From positions 96,001 through 160,000 of the forward strand of contig CAWIPH010000001.1 of the NCBI GenBank assembly GCA_963837955.1: a stretch of DNA of 64,000 bases, given 5' to 3'. Position numbers and translations under genes: made by a program. The DNA is from an uncultured Verrucomicrobiae bacterium (GTDB lineage Bacteria; Verrucomicrobiota; Verrucomicrobiia; Chthoniobacterales; JAFAMB01). The notes under the pieces were generated by a model. It saw only the letters and a program-made list of their open reading frames with translations, was not told the DNA's origin and did not search any database. Shown here one piece after another: positions 1 to 10,008 of the stretch (position 1 is its first letter; each line of letters begins with the position of its first letter).

Positions 1-15
1 ACGAGCTAGCACACG

Positions 16-87
16 CGGCTCAAACCCGGCGCGGACCACCCAAATAGACATGCCAAGTCACCAGCGCGCCGAGGTTTTCGCCCTACC
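16..87 (-). repeat. GTAG-footed REP-like hairpin unit (partner arm probably outside window)
   Basis: cggctcaaacccggcgcggac...cgcgccgaggttttcgccctacc; both arms match 3870-3942. Confidence 0.75.
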
Positions 88-109
88 GAACAGGAATCCC
101 GTCTTCCCT

Positions 110-1309
110 TCAGGCGTACGAACCGCTGCTGACGATTCCCAGCGCTGCGCGTCGTTCTTTCCGCTCTTTCGCTACGCTCGCTTCGTAACCACTTTCACGA
201 AATGCGCGCAGAGGCGATTCGGGGATACCGCGCTTTTTTCGCCATTGGCGCAAGACGGGCCGGACATCGGTGGCATACGCGTCCCGCAGCAACTCCTCAG
301 CATCGATCTGCGCATTTCGTTTTTGGAGTCGACTCAGCTCCGCGTGATCAACGAGCACAGCCTTGGCAAATAGTTCCTGGGCTGTTGCGACGGTTTGAAT
401 CATCGCCTCGATTTTCGGCTTATCGATGTGCGATTGGTCGATCATGTACGCCAGTTCCGGCTTGGTCCCGGATTCCCATTCGAAAAAGAGGATCTCGTGA
501 AAAATTCGGAAAACCTGGTAGGGATCAATCGATCCGAGCGTCAGATCGTCGTCTGCATAGCGGCGATCATTGAAATGGAAGCCTCCAAGCATCCCTTCAT
601 CCAATAGCCAAGCAACGATCTGCTCGATATTCTGCGTGGTATAATGGTGACCGGTATCCACCAAGACTTTTCCCTGTGGACCAATCTCTTTCGCGACGAC
701 GTAAGCCATTCCCCAGTCGGCCAGGTCGGTATGATAAAATGCAGGTTCGAAAGGCTTGTATTCCACGAGCATCACTTGATCAGGACTGAGTGCTTCACCA
801 ACTTCTTTGAGACAGTCGGTCATCGCCCGCTTACGCCATCGGATATTCGCTTGGCCCGGATAATTAGATCCGTCGGCAAACCAGAGCGAAAGATATTTGC
901 TGCCTACCTTCTTAGCAATCTCGACACTATCGAGAAGATGCCGCTTGGCGGCGGAGCGCGCCGCCTCATCCTGATTGCAAACGGAACCATACTTATAAAC
1001 CTGGTCCTGAAAGACGTTAGGATTGACGGCGCCCAACCGAATTCCCAGTTTTTTAGCGCGCTCGACCACCGTCAGCGGATCTTCGCCCGGTTGAAAATCC
1101 CACAGCACATGTACTGCTACGGTGGGACAGCAACCGGTGTACCGATGGACTTGCGCTGCGTCGGCCAATTTATCATCCATGGTGATGGCGGCAGCGTCCT
1201 GGAGAAACTTGCCAAAGCGAGTGCCCGTATCGGCAAAGGCCCAACTCGCTGTCTCGATCTGGAAATGATCGAGCGCGTCTAATATTTTCTGGGATTGAAT
1301 TTCTTGCAT
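110..1309 (-). CDS. rhaI: L-rhamnose isomerase (xylose isomerase-like TIM barrel, RhaI type)
   Basis: IETASWAFADTGTRF N-terminus, LVEYKPFEP, VDTGHH, FHFNDRRYADDDL; rhamnose gene context. Confidence 0.85.
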   Translation of the reverse strand: MQEIQSQKILDALDHFQIETASWAFADTGTRFGKFLQDAAAITMDDKLADAAQVHRYTGCCPTVAVHVLWDFQPGEDPLTVVERAKKLGIRLGAVNPNVFQDQVYKYGSVCNQDEAARSAAKRHLLDSVEIAKKVGSKYLSLWFADGSNYPGQANIRWRKRAMTDCLKEVGEALSPDQVMLVEYKPFEPAFYHTDLADWGMAYVVAKEIGPQGKVLVDTGHHYTTQNIEQIVAWLLDEGMLGGFHFNDRRYADDDLTLGSIDPYQVFRIFHEILFFEWESGTKPELAYMIDQSHIDKPKIEAMIQTVATAQELFAKAVLVDHAELSRLQKRNAQIDAEELLRDAYATDVRPVLRQWRKKRGIPESPLRAFRESGYEASVAKERKERRAALGIVSSGSYA

Positions 1310-1320
1310 AGAAAACGATT

Positions 1321-1457
1321 CACCACGGGGGCGCGGAGTGTAACGAAGAGAATAGCCAAACTACAGATTTCACAGATTGATTAAAAACCACAAATTGACG
1401 CGAAGACACGAATTGAGCTCCTCTTTAATTCGCGTCGATTCATGTCTATTCGCGGTT
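1321..1457. repeat. Cluster of short-period (9-11 nt) intergenic repeats
   Basis: cagatttcacagatt (identical to part of the GxxExxY inverted repeat); inverted pair aaccacaaattgacgcgaagacacgaatt / aattcgcgtcgattcatgtctattcgcggtt. Confidence 0.65.
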
Positions 1458-1508
1458 TATATTCCGGTCATAAGGGGCCTCTGGCGACCGCCGTCGTTTC
1501 CGCTCCAA

Positions 1509-2216
1509 TCAAGCGTTAGTTTTCAACCAAGACTCACCCGCTACAAACAATATAGTTAGTTTTTTGGGACCGTGCGCACCAAGCACAAGAATCCGTTCGA
1601 TGTCCGCCGTGCGGCTGGGGCCAGTGACAAATGTACAGAAGCTCGGAAATTTGTCGCCGTAGCGTCGCTGAAGCAGTTCAAAAGCGGCTGGCAAATCGGG
1701 AAGAAGTTGCGATTCATGGGCCACCACCAAGTGATGGGGTGGCAGAACTGACAGCGATCTCCCTCCCGCGCTTCTAGCAGTAAGCAGAACGCCCCCCGTT
1801 TGCGCAACGAGCGCATCACATAGGGTGATCCCGGCAGCCACTTTTTCCAACTCGGCAGTAGCAGTTTGTGCCGCAACTTCTAAAGTCGAGATTCCCAAAT
1901 CTCGGACCAATCCGCCCAACACAGCGTCCGCCTGGTGGGCGATTAATTTCCATCCCTCTGTTTTGGCAGTTTCAGCCAGCTGTTGCGCTGCCTCAGCAAG
2001 ACCGGCGCAGCGCACAAAATTGGTCTTCAGGTCGGCGCTTTGCCGCGCAAATAGGGTTATCCGTTCGGAATGCTCTTCGGGAACCTGTGGAAGCCACTGC
2101 CGGAATCCCGCACCACTCTCGACACTTACTGCCGGTCCATGTCCCGAACTCGGGTGTTTGGCCGGGTAGCGGACAGCCTCGCGGATCCGTTCCAAGATTT
2201 GTTCGCGGGAGCTCAT
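1509..2216 (-). CDS. lutC: Lactate utilization protein C (LutC/YkgG, LUD domain)
   Basis: Start reassigned to MSSREQIL; GPSRTADIE..LVLGAHGP motif. Confidence 0.85.
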   Translation of the reverse strand: MSSREQILERIREAVRYPAKHPSSGHGPAVSVESGAGFRQWLPQVPEEHSERITLFARQSADLKTNFVRCAGLAEAAQQLAETAKTEGWKLIAHQADAVLGGLVRDLGISTLEVAAQTATAELEKVAAGITLCDALVAQTGGVLLTARSAGGRSLSVLPPHHLVVAHESQLLPDLPAAFELLQRRYGDKFPSFCTFVTGPSRTADIERILVLGAHGPKKLTILFVAGESWLKTNA

Positions 2217-2268
2217 AGGGGCCAAAAGTGAGTGATCGATTTCGTCCTCGAACCTAGTAGACGCGCGT

Positions 2269-3666
2269 TCATGAACGTCTCCTTCTCCAAATGTCGCGGA
2301 ACGATCGACTAGCAAAGACGGGGAGATCTCTGCTTTTGGTCCACGCGCGGGCAGGATCCAACGCGGACCCGTTGACCAAACGGTGAAGCGGTTGAAAAAG
2401 GCGGCCGGCCCGAGTTGCTATGCGGTACCAAAACGGATGGTTCATCAGGAACGCGAAAAGGCGGAATGCGCTGCGCCCGATTATCCCATCCGCCGCAGCG
2501 ACCGCATTGCGCCGGTTGTGCAAAAGATGGTGATGCAAATCGATGCGAACAGGACAAGTCTCCGTACAAGCTCCGCAAAGCGAAGATGCTTGCGAAAGGT
2601 GCTGCCATTCGGACAAACCGCGGAGATGAGGCGTGATGACCGATCCGATCGGTCCTTGATAGGTAGTCGCGTAGGTATGTCCGCCGACATTGCGAAAGAT
2701 CGGACAAACGTTCAAGCAGGCTCCACAACGAATACAATGGAGAGCGTCCCGCTGTTCCACATCGGCCAAAAGGTGGGTGCGACGATTGTCGAGCAGGATA
2801 ACGTGCATCTCTTCCGGACCATCCAGTTCATCAGGTTGGCGGGGGCCTCCGACCATTGAATTGTAACAAGTCATCTGCTGACCGGTTCCGGCCGTCGCTA
2901 GCATCGGAAGAAACAAGGCAAGATCGGACAACTTCGGGACGACTTTCTCTATACCAAGCAGCGCAACGTGAATTTTTGGAAGGCTGAGAGTTAATCGAGC
3001 GTTGCCTTCGTTTTCGGTGATCGAAATCATTCCGGTTTCAGCCACCGCAAAGTTTGCCCCGGTGATTCCGATATCGGCTTTGATATACTCCTGCCTAAGC
3101 GCGGCTCGAGCCGTCATGGTTAGCGCTTCGGGATCCGAGGTCGACTCGGCACCGAGTTTTTTTTGAAACAGCTCGCTGATCTGACTTCGAGTCAGATGCA
3201 TCGCCGGAAAGACGATATGATACGGCGCTTCCTCTCGGAGCTGGACGATATATTCACCCAGGTCGGACTCGATTACTCGAAAGCCGGCAGATTCCAGCTC
3301 TTCGTTCAGATGAATTTCTTCGGAGACCATCGTCTTCGACTTGATGATCGAACGCGCACCCTTTTGCCGAGCCAGATCAAGAATATATTTGCGGGCCTCG
3401 GCTGAATCATTGGCCCAGAATACCTTCGCTCCTCGCGCCGAAATGTTGCGCTCGAATTCAAGTAGGTAGCGATCAAGATGATTGATGCATTCCCACTTTA
3501 TTTCTGCTGCGGCGGTCCGCGCAGATTCCCAGTCCTGAAAGCGGGCGGCATTGTTGCCCCGGACGATCTCGTAGCCGCGGATCGCCTTCCGAATCATCCC
3601 TCGATGCGTTAGGTCGGAGGTGAACTTGGTGGCTTCCTTTTTAAATATTTCCGCGGTGGTTGCCAT
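2269..3666 (-). CDS. lutB: Lactate utilization protein B (LutB/YkgF, Fe-S)
   Basis: KSKTMVSEEI, CIRCGACLNVCP, SSLCGACTETCPVRI. Confidence 0.92.
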   Translation of the reverse strand: MATTAEIFKKEATKFTSDLTHRGMIRKAIRGYEIVRGNNAARFQDWESARTAAAEIKWECINHLDRYLLEFERNISARGAKVFWANDSAEARKYILDLARQKGARSIIKSKTMVSEEIHLNEELESAGFRVIESDLGEYIVQLREEAPYHIVFPAMHLTRSQISELFQKKLGAESTSDPEALTMTARAALRQEYIKADIGITGANFAVAETGMISITENEGNARLTLSLPKIHVALLGIEKVVPKLSDLALFLPMLATAGTGQQMTCYNSMVGGPRQPDELDGPEEMHVILLDNRRTHLLADVEQRDALHCIRCGACLNVCPIFRNVGGHTYATTYQGPIGSVITPHLRGLSEWQHLSQASSLCGACTETCPVRIDLHHHLLHNRRNAVAAADGIIGRSAFRLFAFLMNHPFWYRIATRAGRLFQPLHRLVNGSALDPARAWTKSRDLPVFASRSFRDIWRRRRS

Positions 3667-3732
3667 TTATGGGGGAAATTAGGTGCAGAAGACGATGGCG
3701 TTCAACTCATGCCGGTGCGGACGCCCCTGATC

Positions 3733-3942
3733 GGTAGGGCGAAAGCCTGATACCGTCTCAGCGGGATCGGCTTGAGCCGCATGTGGTGATACCCGAGATA
3801 TCGTTTAGGCGATGTTCGAAGGGAGTGATGAACGCATGCAGAAAAGCACGCGAGTCCCGGTTGCACAGAACGGCTCAAACCCGGCGCGGACAAGGCCACA
3901 ACCATCACAGCGTTTCCGACGCGCCGAGGTTTTCGCCCTACC
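3733..3942. repeat. REPIN-like doublet of inverted GTAG REP units between lutA and lutB
   Basis: ggtagggcgaaagcc...ggcttgagccg (3733-3779) facing cggctcaaaccc...ggttttcgccctacc (3870-3942). Confidence 0.8.
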
Positions 3943-3965
3943 AGCCATGGCTTGGTGGTCAAGCT

Positions 3966-4685
3966 CTACGACCATTGGGCCAGCACCTCCGCGAGATGGA
4001 TCGCCTTCATTTTGGAACCGGTTCGCTTTAACAATCCTTCCAAATGCATTAAACAGCTCGAGTCGTTCGAAATCAGATACTCGGCTCCAGTCTGAGTGGC
4101 CAAATCACATTTCGTTTCACCCATAGCGGTGGAGATCATCGGGAATTTCACAGCAAACAGTCCTCCAAATCCGCAACAAACGTCGGCGTCTTCCATTTCG
4201 ACCAATTCCAACTCGCGGACGTGGCTGAGGAGAATCCGTGGTTGGGAGCGAACGCCGAGTTCGCGCAGTCCATGGCAACCGTCATGAAAGGTCGCTTTGC
4301 CTGGAAACCGGCTCTGCAGATCGGTCACACCCAGACGATCGACCACAAACTGAGAAAACTCGTAGGTCCGTTCGGCTAACGCTTTTGCGGCCTTGGCCTG
4401 GTCCGAGTTTTGGAAAATCTCCGGATAAAAAACGCGCATCATCGTGGCACATGACCCGGAAGGTACGACAATGGCCTCGGCGCCCTGCAGACGGCTAACC
4501 ACTCGAGTCGCAACACTGCGGGCATCGTCCCAGCAACCGGCGTTAAAGGCCGGTTGCCCGCAACATGCCAAACTCTCATCAAAATCAATCTGGTGGCCTA
4601 GCTTTTCTAGCACCCTGACTACGCTCTCGGCCACCTCCGGATAAAACTGGTCAACGTAACAAGGAACGAAGAGCGCAATTTTCAC
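3966..4685 (-). CDS. lutA: Lactate utilization protein A (LutA/YkgE, CCG domains)
   Basis: FVPCYVD, CCGQPAFNAG, PSGSC, CCGFGGLF. Confidence 0.92.
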   Translation of the reverse strand: MKIALFVPCYVDQFYPEVAESVVRVLEKLGHQIDFDESLACCGQPAFNAGCWDDARSVATRVVSRLQGAEAIVVPSGSCATMMRVFYPEIFQNSDQAKAAKALAERTYEFSQFVVDRLGVTDLQSRFPGKATFHDGCHGLRELGVRSQPRILLSHVRELELVEMEDADVCCGFGGLFAVKFPMISTAMGETKCDLATQTGAEYLISNDSSCLMHLEGLLKRTGSKMKAIHLAEVLAQWS

Positions 4686-6859
4686 CGTAAGAATGCTTCC
4701 GGCAGGCCCCCATCGACCCCGATCACCTGACCGGTGGTTTTGCTCAGTCGATCTGACAACAACAGGAAATACGCCTCAGCTTGATCAGCTGGAGTAATCG
4801 GATTCTTGAGGAGACTTCGATCCGCATAGAATCGGGCCAGTTTGCCTACCAGTGTCTCGGTCGATTCATTCTCAGAAAATGGAACTTGATACTTTGCCAA
4901 GGACGAGATTACCCGGTCACGCGGAAACATCGTGCTTCCTTGCACGACGGTCGCCGGTGCAACACAGTTGACTCGGACCAAAGGCGCAAGCTCAATCGCA
5001 AGTTCCCGCACCAAGTGGTTAAGCGCAGCCTTGCTGGCGTCGTAAGCAAAACTCCCTTTTTTCGCGACGACAGCGTTAGCACTTGAAGTAAGAACGATCG
5101 AGCCACGCAGATTCTGTTCACGTAAAATCTTACCGGCTTCATCCGCCACAACGTAAGATCCAGTGACATTCACGTTCAAAGTGAGCTGAAACTTTTCATC
5201 CGGTATGCGCCCAGAGGCATCAGGCGGAATAAAAATTCCGGCCGTTACGACCAAAGTGTCCAGCCCGCCGTAGGCCAGTACAGCTTGGCGCAAAAGCCCG
5301 CGCACGGAGTCCCGATTCGTGATATCAGCGGCCAGTCCAACCGCCGGTCCGCACCCTGAAATTCCGGAACCAGCCACACCGATTCCCGACCCTAATTTGC
5401 CGGTAATCTCGGTCGCGGTCTGATCGGCCGCCGCAGCCGATAGATCGGCAGATATAACATGGCCACCCGCAACGGCTACGCGCATCGCCAGTTCCTTGCC
5501 AATCCCACTTCCTGCGCCGACGATGAGCACAATCCTGCGCGCAAGCTCATTTTCTGGCGGCATACGGCGCAGCTTGGCCTCTTCAAGCTGCCAATACTCG
5601 ATATCGAAGGCTTCCTGCTTCGGTAGCGCAATGTACCGGTCAATCGCTTCCGCACCGCGCATGACCTCAACAGCGCAATTGTAAAACTCTGCGGTCACCC
5701 GCGATTCGCTCTTATCTTTCCCCCAAGCCACCATGCCCAACCCGGGGATTAAGATCACCGTCGGATTTGGATCGCGAATGGGCGGAGAGTCCGGCCGCCG
5801 GCAGCTTTCATAATAGGCACGATAATCAGAACGATAATGCTCAATCCCTTCCGCCAGCAGGGATTTTAGCATTTTCAGATCGCGCGACCCGCAGTCCCAA
5901 TTTACATAGAGCGGCTTGATCTTCGTCCGCAGGAAGTGATCCGGACACGATGTACCCAGAGAAGCTAATCGTTCAGCGTCGTGGCTGTTGACAAAGCGAA
6001 GGATCTGTTCGTCAGCTTGGACCGTTCCGATGAACCGCCTTTGTTGGCTTACCTGTCCGCGCAGCCACGGTAACAACTGGGCGAGGAATTCCTCCCTCTC
6101 CGATTGGGTCAGTTGAGGGTGTTTTTCTCCTCCAAACGTATTGCTTCCTTTGTCTTTCGCAGCGATGAACTCGGCGGCCCGCTCAATCAGGGAAAGGGAA
6201 AGTTCGTAGCACTCCTTGTCGTCATTGGCCCAATTGATCAGCCCGTGTTGGCCAAGGATTGCGCCCTTCGCTTGCGGATGCGCTTTGCAAAATTGTTGAA
6301 GCTGCAGCCCGAGTTCAAACCCCGGCCGTTGCCAGGGCAGCCAAAAGACTTCGTCACCGTAGATTTCTTTCGTCAGTACCTCACCGTGCTCGGCTGCGGC
6401 GATTGAGATAACCGCATTGGGGTGGGTATGATCCACGTGCCGAAACGGCACGAACCCATGAAGAGGCGTGTCAATCGAGGCGGCTCGGGGATTGAGGTTA
6501 AACGTGCAGTGCGGATACGCGGCAACCATTGCGTCTTCTAACGGACTCTTTGCTCCCTTCTCGGCCGAGGCTTCATAGCTCGAACGCAGGCGCTCGAGCT
6601 TGTTCAGGTAGAGACTCGCGAAATTTTCTCGTTTCGAAGTGCGCAGATCACCGCCCGAGCCTTTAACCCAAAGCACCTCCACCTTTTCTCCGGTGAGGGG
6701 ATCGGATTGCAACAATTTGGCGGAAGTATTACCTCCGCCCGTGTTGGTGATGCGTTGATCAGAACCAAGGAGATTCGAACGATAGATAAGCCGATCGACT
6801 TCATCTAATCGGGTGGCAACAGCATCATCCCACAGATAATTCACATACCTCGTATTCAT
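4682..6859 (-). CDS. Bifunctional rhamnulose-1-phosphate aldolase / short-chain dehydrogenase (RhaEW/YuxG type)
   Basis: TNTGGGNTSAK, VKGSGGDL, HTH Zn site, CPDHFLRTK, IEYWQLEEAKL; C-terminal SDR GAGSGIG and YDASK. Confidence 0.9.
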   Translation of the reverse strand: MNTRYVNYLWDDAVATRLDEVDRLIYRSNLLGSDQRITNTGGGNTSAKLLQSDPLTGEKVEVLWVKGSGGDLRTSKRENFASLYLNKLERLRSSYEASAEKGAKSPLEDAMVAAYPHCTFNLNPRAASIDTPLHGFVPFRHVDHTHPNAVISIAAAEHGEVLTKEIYGDEVFWLPWQRPGFELGLQLQQFCKAHPQAKGAILGQHGLINWANDDKECYELSLSLIERAAEFIAAKDKGSNTFGGEKHPQLTQSEREEFLAQLLPWLRGQVSQQRRFIGTVQADEQILRFVNSHDAERLASLGTSCPDHFLRTKIKPLYVNWDCGSRDLKMLKSLLAEGIEHYRSDYRAYYESCRRPDSPPIRDPNPTVILIPGLGMVAWGKDKSESRVTAEFYNCAVEVMRGAEAIDRYIALPKQEAFDIEYWQLEEAKLRRMPPENELARRIVLIVGAGSGIGKELAMRVAVAGGHVISADLSAAAADQTATEITGKLGSGIGVAGSGISGCGPAVGLAADITNRDSVRGLLRQAVLAYGGLDTLVVTAGIFIPPDASGRIPDEKFQLTLNVNVTGSYVVADEAGKILREQNLRGSIVLTSSANAVVAKKGSFAYDASKAALNHLVRELAIELAPLVRVNCVAPATVVQGSTMFPRDRVISSLAKYQVPFSENESTETLVGKLARFYADRSLLKNPITPADQAEAYFLLLSDRLSKTTGQVIGVDGGLPEAFLR

Positions 6860-8325
6860 GTCGTAATTTTGCGGAATCTTTCCTTCCCTTCCGACCAGGA
6901 ACCTGTCTCCTGCGGAGTGAACTCATCGATCGCATAGGAACGGCGGATCACCGCTCTCAACTCAGCAAGCGAACTCAGTTCTCCGGCAGCGATTGCTTGA
7001 ATTAAAAGGTTGCCCAATGCAGTCGCTTCAACCGGGCCAGCGGTTACCCGCAATCCTGAGGCGTTTGCGGTAAATTGGTTGAGCAGGCGATTCTGGCTTC
7101 CGCCTCCGACGACGTGCAGTACCTCAATTTTTTTGTTCAACAAGCTGCTGAGTTGGTCGAGCTGAGTCCCATAACTCAAAGCGAGACTCTCTAGGATACA
7201 CCGGGCCAAACTCGGGGCGTCGTCCGGGATCGGTTGGCTGGTTCGTTGGCAAAAAGACTGAATTTTTTCGATCATCTGTCCTGGCTTCAGAAACTCCGAA
7301 GCGTTGGGGTCAATCAATGATCTCAGCGGGGCTGCACTTTCTGCCGCGTGTACGAGATGGGCATAGTCGACCTCGCTGCCTCGCTGGATCATTTCTCGTC
7401 GCGTTTCCTGAAGTATCCAGAGACCGAGAATATTGCGGAGAAAACGGACAGTTCCTTCATGTCCGAGTTCATTTGTATAATTGGCAGCCATGAAGTCGGG
7501 CTCTAAGCGCGGCGCCAACAGCTCAACTCCGAGCAGGGACCACGTTCCGGAGCTGAGAAAGGCCCAATGCTCGCCCTCGGCCGGAGCGGCTGCGACTGCC
7601 GCACCGGTATCATGCGAACAGGTCGCGAAAATTGGGAAGGTTCCAAGTTCGGTTGCTATGCTCGGCGAAACTTTTCCGATCTGAGTCCCCGAGACTACGA
7701 CGGGTGGAAACAGCTGACGAGGCAGACCCAGCTCGTTCACCAGCGCGTCTGACCAATCGTTCAAGACCGGGTTAAAAATTTGCGTCGTACTCGCCAAGCT
7801 TCGTTCCATGACAGGCTCGCCGCTGAACAAATAATGAAGGTAATCAGCGATTCCCAGGAAGTTCCGGGCGAGGTCCACGAGTGGCCGGCGATGCAAGACG
7901 TCATCGTAGAGTTGGTAGACCGTGTTGATCTGCATGAACTGGACCCCAGTCTCACGAAAGATCAGTTCACGTCCCGCCTTCTTGAGAAATGCCGGATAGG
8001 ACTCATCCGTGCGACTGTCGCGGTAATGAAAAGGCGTTCCGAGCAACGGTTCGCTCTCCGAAAAATAAGCATAATCAACGCCCCAAGCATCTATGCTGAA
8101 TCCGTCGATCTGCGATACGCGCGTCTTTGCGGCTTTGACACCGTTCTGAATTTGGTCGAAAAACCGCAATAGGTCCCAGCGCAAAGATTGACCAAGGCGA
8201 GTGGGACCTGTGGGAAATCGATGGCATTCCTGTAGGCTAACCTTGTCGTCGACGAGGTGACCAAGCACAACACGGCCACTCTCAGCGCCGAGATCACAGG
8301 CGACATAATTTTTCGCGCTACTCAT
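6856..8325 (-). CDS. rhaB: Rhamnulokinase (FGGY family)
   Basis: DLGAESGR, WGVDY, HDTGAAV, SSGTWSLLG, GPVEATALGN. Confidence 0.9.
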   Translation of the reverse strand: MSSAKNYVACDLGAESGRVVLGHLVDDKVSLQECHRFPTGPTRLGQSLRWDLLRFFDQIQNGVKAAKTRVSQIDGFSIDAWGVDYAYFSESEPLLGTPFHYRDSRTDESYPAFLKKAGRELIFRETGVQFMQINTVYQLYDDVLHRRPLVDLARNFLGIADYLHYLFSGEPVMERSLASTTQIFNPVLNDWSDALVNELGLPRQLFPPVVVSGTQIGKVSPSIATELGTFPIFATCSHDTGAAVAAAPAEGEHWAFLSSGTWSLLGVELLAPRLEPDFMAANYTNELGHEGTVRFLRNILGLWILQETRREMIQRGSEVDYAHLVHAAESAAPLRSLIDPNASEFLKPGQMIEKIQSFCQRTSQPIPDDAPSLARCILESLALSYGTQLDQLSSLLNKKIEVLHVVGGGSQNRLLNQFTANASGLRVTAGPVEATALGNLLIQAIAAGELSSLAELRAVIRRSYAIDEFTPQETGSWSEGKERFRKITT

Positions 8326-8437
8326 GAGGGGGGGATCGGAAGGGTTTCAAGGCGCTGGGATTCGGAAACGTCTGCACTTTCTACTTGTACACCGAACGTT
8401 GAACGGAAGTCCATATACCGCATTCTTCCAATCCGGG

Positions 8438-9904
8438 TTAGGTCCCGATACGAAAACTTTCGAGTCCGAGGATCCGCGCAACTTTTTCAATTTCCTTTCC
8501 GACGTGGCCTACCCCAAGCGCGCAATGGTGAGTTGGCCCTTCCGTGCACCACGCGTTCATAAATTCGGCAGGCCCAACCGGGAATCGGATCCGGGAATTG
8601 GTGTTACCGATACGTAAGATCGGGCCAGGAATAGATTCTCCCTCGGATAAAAGTATCTTCAGGTTTCCTTTTCCGGTTTGGGTGAGGCTAAGAATCGTCA
8701 CCGGCCCCGTTTTCACGCGTGCTTCAACCGAAATGCCTTGCCCGCGCTTGCCGTGGTAGAGACCCAGACCGCGCAATGCCGGTTTACCTTCCGCGATCGC
8801 CAAATGAAACGGCCCATCGTGTCCCATCAAGAGGAATTGGTCGACAAAATCCATCGCATAGAGCTCGGTAAACGAGCCGCCGGCTTCCAAGCGATCCATG
8901 ATCAACATCGCGATAGCGTTCTTCGCGTCTCCCTCGCCGCTGCAAGGGATTCCGCGCCCGGTAAGCAACGTGTTTCCCAGAATCAACCCAGCGCCCAAAA
9001 CCTCCTGCGCGCTAGCGTCAGCCCCCCGATAGTAGTAGGACAGACCATCAAGCCGAAAATCAGTCACTAGGCGGTCTAAACCAGCGGCAACCTTGGCACT
9101 CCACCGCAATGCTTCTGGTCGAGGAGCTCTTGCCAATGGGTCGGCAGGGCTATCGCCGCTTATTTCGAATAAGTCACGCGTACGAGCCAGGATCGTTGCC
9201 ATCTCGCCGTCTGTTACCTGATCCACCCGAGTCTGAAGATCATCAATCTCGAGCAACTCGATATGAACGCCGGTCTGGCCGGTGATCATCGTGAAATCCG
9301 AATACATGTCCAACATGCCCGGATAGGTATGACCGAGGAAACCAATCCGACTGTGACGCAAGCTACGAGCAGCGGTTGCAGCCCTGATCCAGCCACGAAT
9401 CTCTCGCCAGGCAGCGACCCCTGCTGGGCCATCCTGTTCTCGCAGAAGCCCGCTCACCACATTGAAATCAATGCCGCAGCGAGCGAATGCGCAGGAAATT
9501 TCGGGGACACAGCAGGCGCAGCAGTTGGCCAACCATTCACTGGTGTCAGTCTTATCGTAATCAAGAGCGGGCACCGGCTGAAGATTGAGAATCAAGATTG
9601 GACATCGAAGACGCTGCACGGCGGGCACAACCTGAGATGAGGTAGCGTACGTTCCGACATAGCAGATCACCAGGTCGACATCTTCCCGGGAGAAGAGACT
9701 CCTGGCCTCCTGCGCCGCCAGCTGACTATCGACCAAGCCTGCCGACACGATATTGCATCCGGTGGCGCGGAGGTTCTGCTCTATCTCCTGTTGATAGCCC
9801 GTCAACCGCTCTTTCAAGCCTGGAAATTGGGCCCAATAAGCTTGCAACCCTATTCCAAAAATTCCGATTTTGGCCTGAGTAACGGACACTCTATCGGGGC
9901 TCAT
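8438..9904 (-). CDS. L-fucose/L-arabinose isomerase family protein
   Basis: Start reassigned to MSPDRV (upstream extension is 9-mer repeat); GEGD, GGSFTE, LMGHDGP, GPTHHCALG. Confidence 0.8.
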   Translation of the reverse strand: MSPDRVSVTQAKIGIFGIGLQAYWAQFPGLKERLTGYQQEIEQNLRATGCNIVSAGLVDSQLAAQEARSLFSREDVDLVICYVGTYATSSQVVPAVQRLRCPILILNLQPVPALDYDKTDTSEWLANCCACCVPEISCAFARCGIDFNVVSGLLREQDGPAGVAAWREIRGWIRAATAARSLRHSRIGFLGHTYPGMLDMYSDFTMITGQTGVHIELLEIDDLQTRVDQVTDGEMATILARTRDLFEISGDSPADPLARAPRPEALRWSAKVAAGLDRLVTDFRLDGLSYYYRGADASAQEVLGAGLILGNTLLTGRGIPCSGEGDAKNAIAMLIMDRLEAGGSFTELYAMDFVDQFLLMGHDGPFHLAIAEGKPALRGLGLYHGKRGQGISVEARVKTGPVTILSLTQTGKGNLKILLSEGESIPGPILRIGNTNSRIRFPVGPAEFMNAWCTEGPTHHCALGVGHVGKEIEKVARILGLESFRIGT

Positions 9905-9943
9905 TGGTCGCGGTTGTAGTTGTTGTGCTCTCCGTCGTGCTTG

Positions 9944-9988
9944 GGGACCCGTCAGACCCATGGGACTCATGAGACTCATGGGTCTTAT
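9944..9988. repeat. Tandem 9-mer array (5 units)
   Basis: gggacccgt cagacccat gggactcat gagactcat gggtcttat. Confidence 0.8.
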
Positions 9989-10008
9989 GTATCCCAAGCG
10001 ACACCGTA

